Shown in pieces: positions 44,089 through 46,613 of a stretch of 46,613 bases of DNA. The position numbers and the translations under genes were made by a program. Each line of letters starts with the position of its first letter. Position 1 is the first letter of the stretch. Source of the DNA: Minisyncoccota bacterium (GTDB taxonomy: Bacteria; Patescibacteriota; Minisyncoccia; Phycocordibacterales; UBA918); assembly GCA_043750495.1 (NCBI GenBank), contig JAYVBM010000014.1:1-46613 (forward strand). Direction: 5' to 3'. The notes under the pieces are model-generated. The model saw nothing but the letters and a program-made list of their open reading frames with translations. It did not search any database and was not told the DNA's origin.

Positions 44089-46047
44089 ATGCAGGAAACA
44101 ACTCCTTACTTGGTAGGCTTAAACGACCAACAAAAGGCCGCCGTACTTCACATCGACGGACCACTGATGGTCTTAGCGGGAGCTGGTTCTGGCAAGACCC
44201 GCGTCATCACCCACCGTATCGTCCACATCATTCACCAAGGCGTAGTGCCACACAACATTCTAGCCGTAACCTTTACCAATAAAGCCGCCAAAGAAATGCG
44301 CGAACGAGTTGGCGCGCTGGTACATAAATACCCACCCTCAGACCGAGCAGTAGTTGATAGTTTGCCACTGGTTACCACGTTCCATTCACTTGGAGTACGC
44401 TTATTGCGAGAGTTTCACGACGCCATGGGACTCAGGCGGCACTTCACTATTTATGACCGCGCCGATAGTATCCGCGCAGTGAAGCAAGCAATTGTTAAAG
44501 CCGACTACGATCCAAAAGAGTTTGAACCAAAGCGTATTCTAGGCATGATTTCGCGGGCCAAGGGTGACGCCATGACACAACTCGCTTACCTAGACGCCGC
44601 TGGCTCATACCCCGAGCAAGTCGCCGCCGCGGTGTGGGACAAATACGAAGCGATTTTGCAAGCAGAACAAGCGCTTGATTTTGACGACCTTCTCGCCAAG
44701 ACACTGCGGCTCCTTGAAAACAATCAGAACATCCGCGATACCCTCCAAAACCGGTTTAAATATATTCACGTTGACGAATATCAAGACACCAACCGCGTAC
44801 AGTTTTCTATTGTGGAGCTTTTGTGTGGCGAGGCTCAGAACATCTGTGTGGTAGGAGATATCGACCAAAACATTTACTCCTGGCGCGGAGCCGACATTAA
44901 AAATGTCTTGCAGTTTGAGCGACACTTCCCCCGTTCGACTACAGTGCTCCTTGAGGAAAATTACCGCTCTACCCAGACCATCATCGCTGCTTCAAACGAC
45001 ATAATCAAAAAAAACCAAAACCGGGTTGAAAAAAATGTTTTCACCAACAACCAAGAAGGCGAGAAGATTACTCTTTACGCCGCCATGACGGGTTACGACG
45101 AAGCGGAGTACATTGCCCTGACCGCCAAATCACTTATCGAGGGTGGCGCTGACCCAACATCTATCGCTGTGCTTTACCGCACCAACTTTCAGTCACGCTC
45201 GCTCGAAGAAGCCTTTCTTAATTTCGAAGTACCGTACCAGCTACTTGGAACCAAATTCTTTGAACGCAAGGAAGTCAAAGACGTGCTTTCGTATTTGCGT
45301 CTGGCCCTCAACCCAGGCAGCAACGCCGACCTTGCCCGCGTCATCAACGAACCAGCTCGTGGCATTGGCAAAGTTACTCTGCTCAAAATCATTGAAGGCA
45401 AGCGCGCTGACTTAAACAAAGGTGCGCAAGAAAAACTCGCTTCGTTTGACGCCATCATGACAGATATCGAAAAATGCGCAGCCGAAAAACCTTTATCGGA
45501 AACAATAAAATACATCATGGCTCGCAGTGGTATCGAAGGTATGTACCGTGAAGAAAAAACTGAAGAAGCCCTGGAGCGTCTGGAGAACCTGCGCGAATTG
45601 GTAACACTAGCCTCACGATACAACGAACTGCCGCCGCTTGAGGCAGTCGAACAACTGCTAGAGAGTGCCGCCCTACAAAGTGACCAGGATGAAATCAAAG
45701 ATAAGGAGGAGCTCAATGCAGTTCGGTTGATGACGGTGCACGCAGCCAAAGGTCTGGAGTTTGCGTATGTCTTCATCGCGGGACTGGAAGAAGGCCTCTT
45801 CCCGCACGAACGACTGGATGACGGCAAGACAGATAAAGAGGAAGAACGTCGTCTCTTCTATGTGGCTCTTACCCGCGCTGAGAAAAAAATCTTCCTCACC
45901 TACGCTCACATGCGCACTATCTTTGGCAGCCAACGCATAAATATACCTTCTTCGTTCCTAAACGATATCAGTAAAGAACACGTTGAGACCGGCAACCCTA
46001 TAGGTGGCCACGACTCCAGCTACGAAACCACCATCTACCTAGATTAA
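44089..46047 (+). CDS. pcrA: UvrD/PcrA-family ATP-dependent DNA helicase
   Basis: Motif I AGAGSGKT, Ia TFTNKAA, II VDEYQDTN, III GDIDQNIYSWRGA, V/VI TVHAAKGLEF ... YVALTRA. Confidence 0.9.
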   Translation: MQETTPYLVGLNDQQKAAVLHIDGPLMVLAGAGSGKTRVITHRIVHIIHQGVVPHNILAVTFTNKAAKEMRERVGALVHKYPPSDRAVVDSLPLVTTFHSLGVRLLREFHDAMGLRRHFTIYDRADSIRAVKQAIVKADYDPKEFEPKRILGMISRAKGDAMTQLAYLDAAGSYPEQVAAAVWDKYEAILQAEQALDFDDLLAKTLRLLENNQNIRDTLQNRFKYIHVDEYQDTNRVQFSIVELLCGEAQNICVVGDIDQNIYSWRGADIKNVLQFERHFPRSTTVLLEENYRSTQTIIAASNDIIKKNQNRVEKNVFTNNQEGEKITLYAAMTGYDEAEYIALTAKSLIEGGADPTSIAVLYRTNFQSRSLEEAFLNFEVPYQLLGTKFFERKEVKDVLSYLRLALNPGSNADLARVINEPARGIGKVTLLKIIEGKRADLNKGAQEKLASFDAIMTDIEKCAAEKPLSETIKYIMARSGIEGMYREEKTEEALERLENLRELVTLASRYNELPPLEAVEQLLESAALQSDQDEIKDKEELNAVRLMTVHAAKGLEFAYVFIAGLEEGLFPHERLDDGKTDKEEERRLFYVALTRAEKKIFLTYAHMRTIFGSQRINIPSSFLNDISKEHVETGNPIGGHDSSYETTIYLD

Positions 46048-46058
46048 CCAAAACTATT

Positions 46059-46082
46059 CTACCTATCATACATGATAGGTAG
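46059..46082. promoter_or_regulatory. 24-bp palindrome, candidate operator 1
   Basis: CTACCTATCATacATGATAGGTAG. Confidence 0.55.
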
Positions 46083-46108
46083 ACTCCCCATCATCCCACT
46101 CAAAACTT

Positions 46109-46130
46109 TACCTATCATGTATGATAGGTA
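46109..46130. promoter_or_regulatory. 22-bp palindrome, candidate operator 2, overlapping a -10-like TATGAT 8 nt before ATG 46134
   Basis: TACCTATCATgtATGATAGGTA. Confidence 0.55.
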
Positions 46131-46133
46131 GAT

Positions 46134-46574
46134 ATGAAAAGAGAAATTAGTAAAATTAAAGAGAAAGAAAAGAAGGCCACACTTGAAGCCCTATACGAAT
46201 CGGCTAGTCGTATCAAAGGTGACGACGCAGTTCGCATATTTATCAGCGACATACTAACGGAAAGTGAACGAATCATTGTTGGTCGCAGGTTGTTAATTGC
46301 GAATCTAATTTTGACTGGTCAGACTTACTCAGAAGTTCACAATCAACTTGGTGTGAGTCCAAACACTTTCAGTCGGATCAGACAATGGTTGACTGGCCGA
46401 TTTCCGGACTATGACAAAACTCTTAAAGAAACCGCACCGACTCCCAAAAAGACCAAAGTTATCTACACCAGGGTGGCGCCTTTTTCATTTGCCCATCTAA
46501 AAAAGAAGTACCCCATGCACTACTTACTTTTTACTCTTTCCGAAAAAACGATCGCCAACTTGAAATCGAAGTAA
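46134..46574 (+). CDS. TrpR-like (YerC/YecD-family) DNA-binding protein
   Basis: ILTESERIIVGRRLLIANLILTGQTYSEVHNQLGVSPNTFSRIRQWL resembles the Trp-repressor-like YerC/YecD fold. Confidence 0.65.
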   Translation: MKREISKIKEKEKKATLEALYESASRIKGDDAVRIFISDILTESERIIVGRRLLIANLILTGQTYSEVHNQLGVSPNTFSRIRQWLTGRFPDYDKTLKETAPTPKKTKVIYTRVAPFSFAHLKKKYPMHYLLFTLSEKTIANLKSK

Positions 46575-46579
46575 TACTT

Positions 46580-46601
46580 TACCTATCACGTATGATAGGT
46601 A
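46580..46601. promoter_or_regulatory. 22-bp palindrome copy 3 (one arm mismatch), 5 nt after the stop codon
   Basis: TACCTATCACgtATGATAGGTA. Confidence 0.5.
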
Positions 46602-46613
46602 AGCAGTCTAGAC

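Overview
A 46.6-kb chromosomal segment from a compact bacterial genome that uses the standard genetic code (TGA acts as a stop). The gene content suggests a reduced-genome uncultivated lineage such as Patescibacteria/CPR, but that is inference only. It includes many short hypothetical and membrane proteins, two TrmB-like regulators, a membrane-anchored Clp-type AAA+ ATPase, a LysM-M23 peptidase, and tRNAs without encoded CCA next to a cca gene. I call about 50 CDS on both strands, separated by many GC-rich and often bidirectional hairpin terminators. Recognisable genes are rpsO, pnp, cca, corA, xth, a PcrA/UvrD-type helicase, a Xer-type recombinase, an ECF sigma/anti-sigma pair, mscS, a Nudix hydrolase, a cold-shock protein, a response regulator, a split ABC exporter, a ParE/RHH toxin-antitoxin pair, an ATP-dependent ligase and a frameshifted comM/yifB. 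There are three tRNAs (Pro-UGG, Gly-GCC, Arg-UCG). I saw no rRNA, CRISPR array, cas genes, transposase or phage genes. The most interesting signals are non-coding. (1) Five copies of a ~137-bp hairpin element have conserved, covarying arms, and the conserved 3' arm always ends 6-10 nt before a start codon (or abuts the next copy) and reads as a -35/-10 promoter. (2) Many genes have a leaderless-type architecture, with TGnTATAAT 6-8 nt before ATG and no Shine-Dalgarno sequence. (3) Three copies of a 22-24-bp palindrome bracket a TrpR/YerC-like gene. (4) An unexplained ~1-kb non-coding gap lies between the convergent cca and xth genes. (5) Several over-represented short motifs (TGTCCTTTA, GTGCCAYRTGAAAC, DnaA-box-like repeats) are concentrated around 9.6-10.75 kb and 17.45-18.43 kb. 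All protein assignments come from motif recognition by eye, since no database search was possible.
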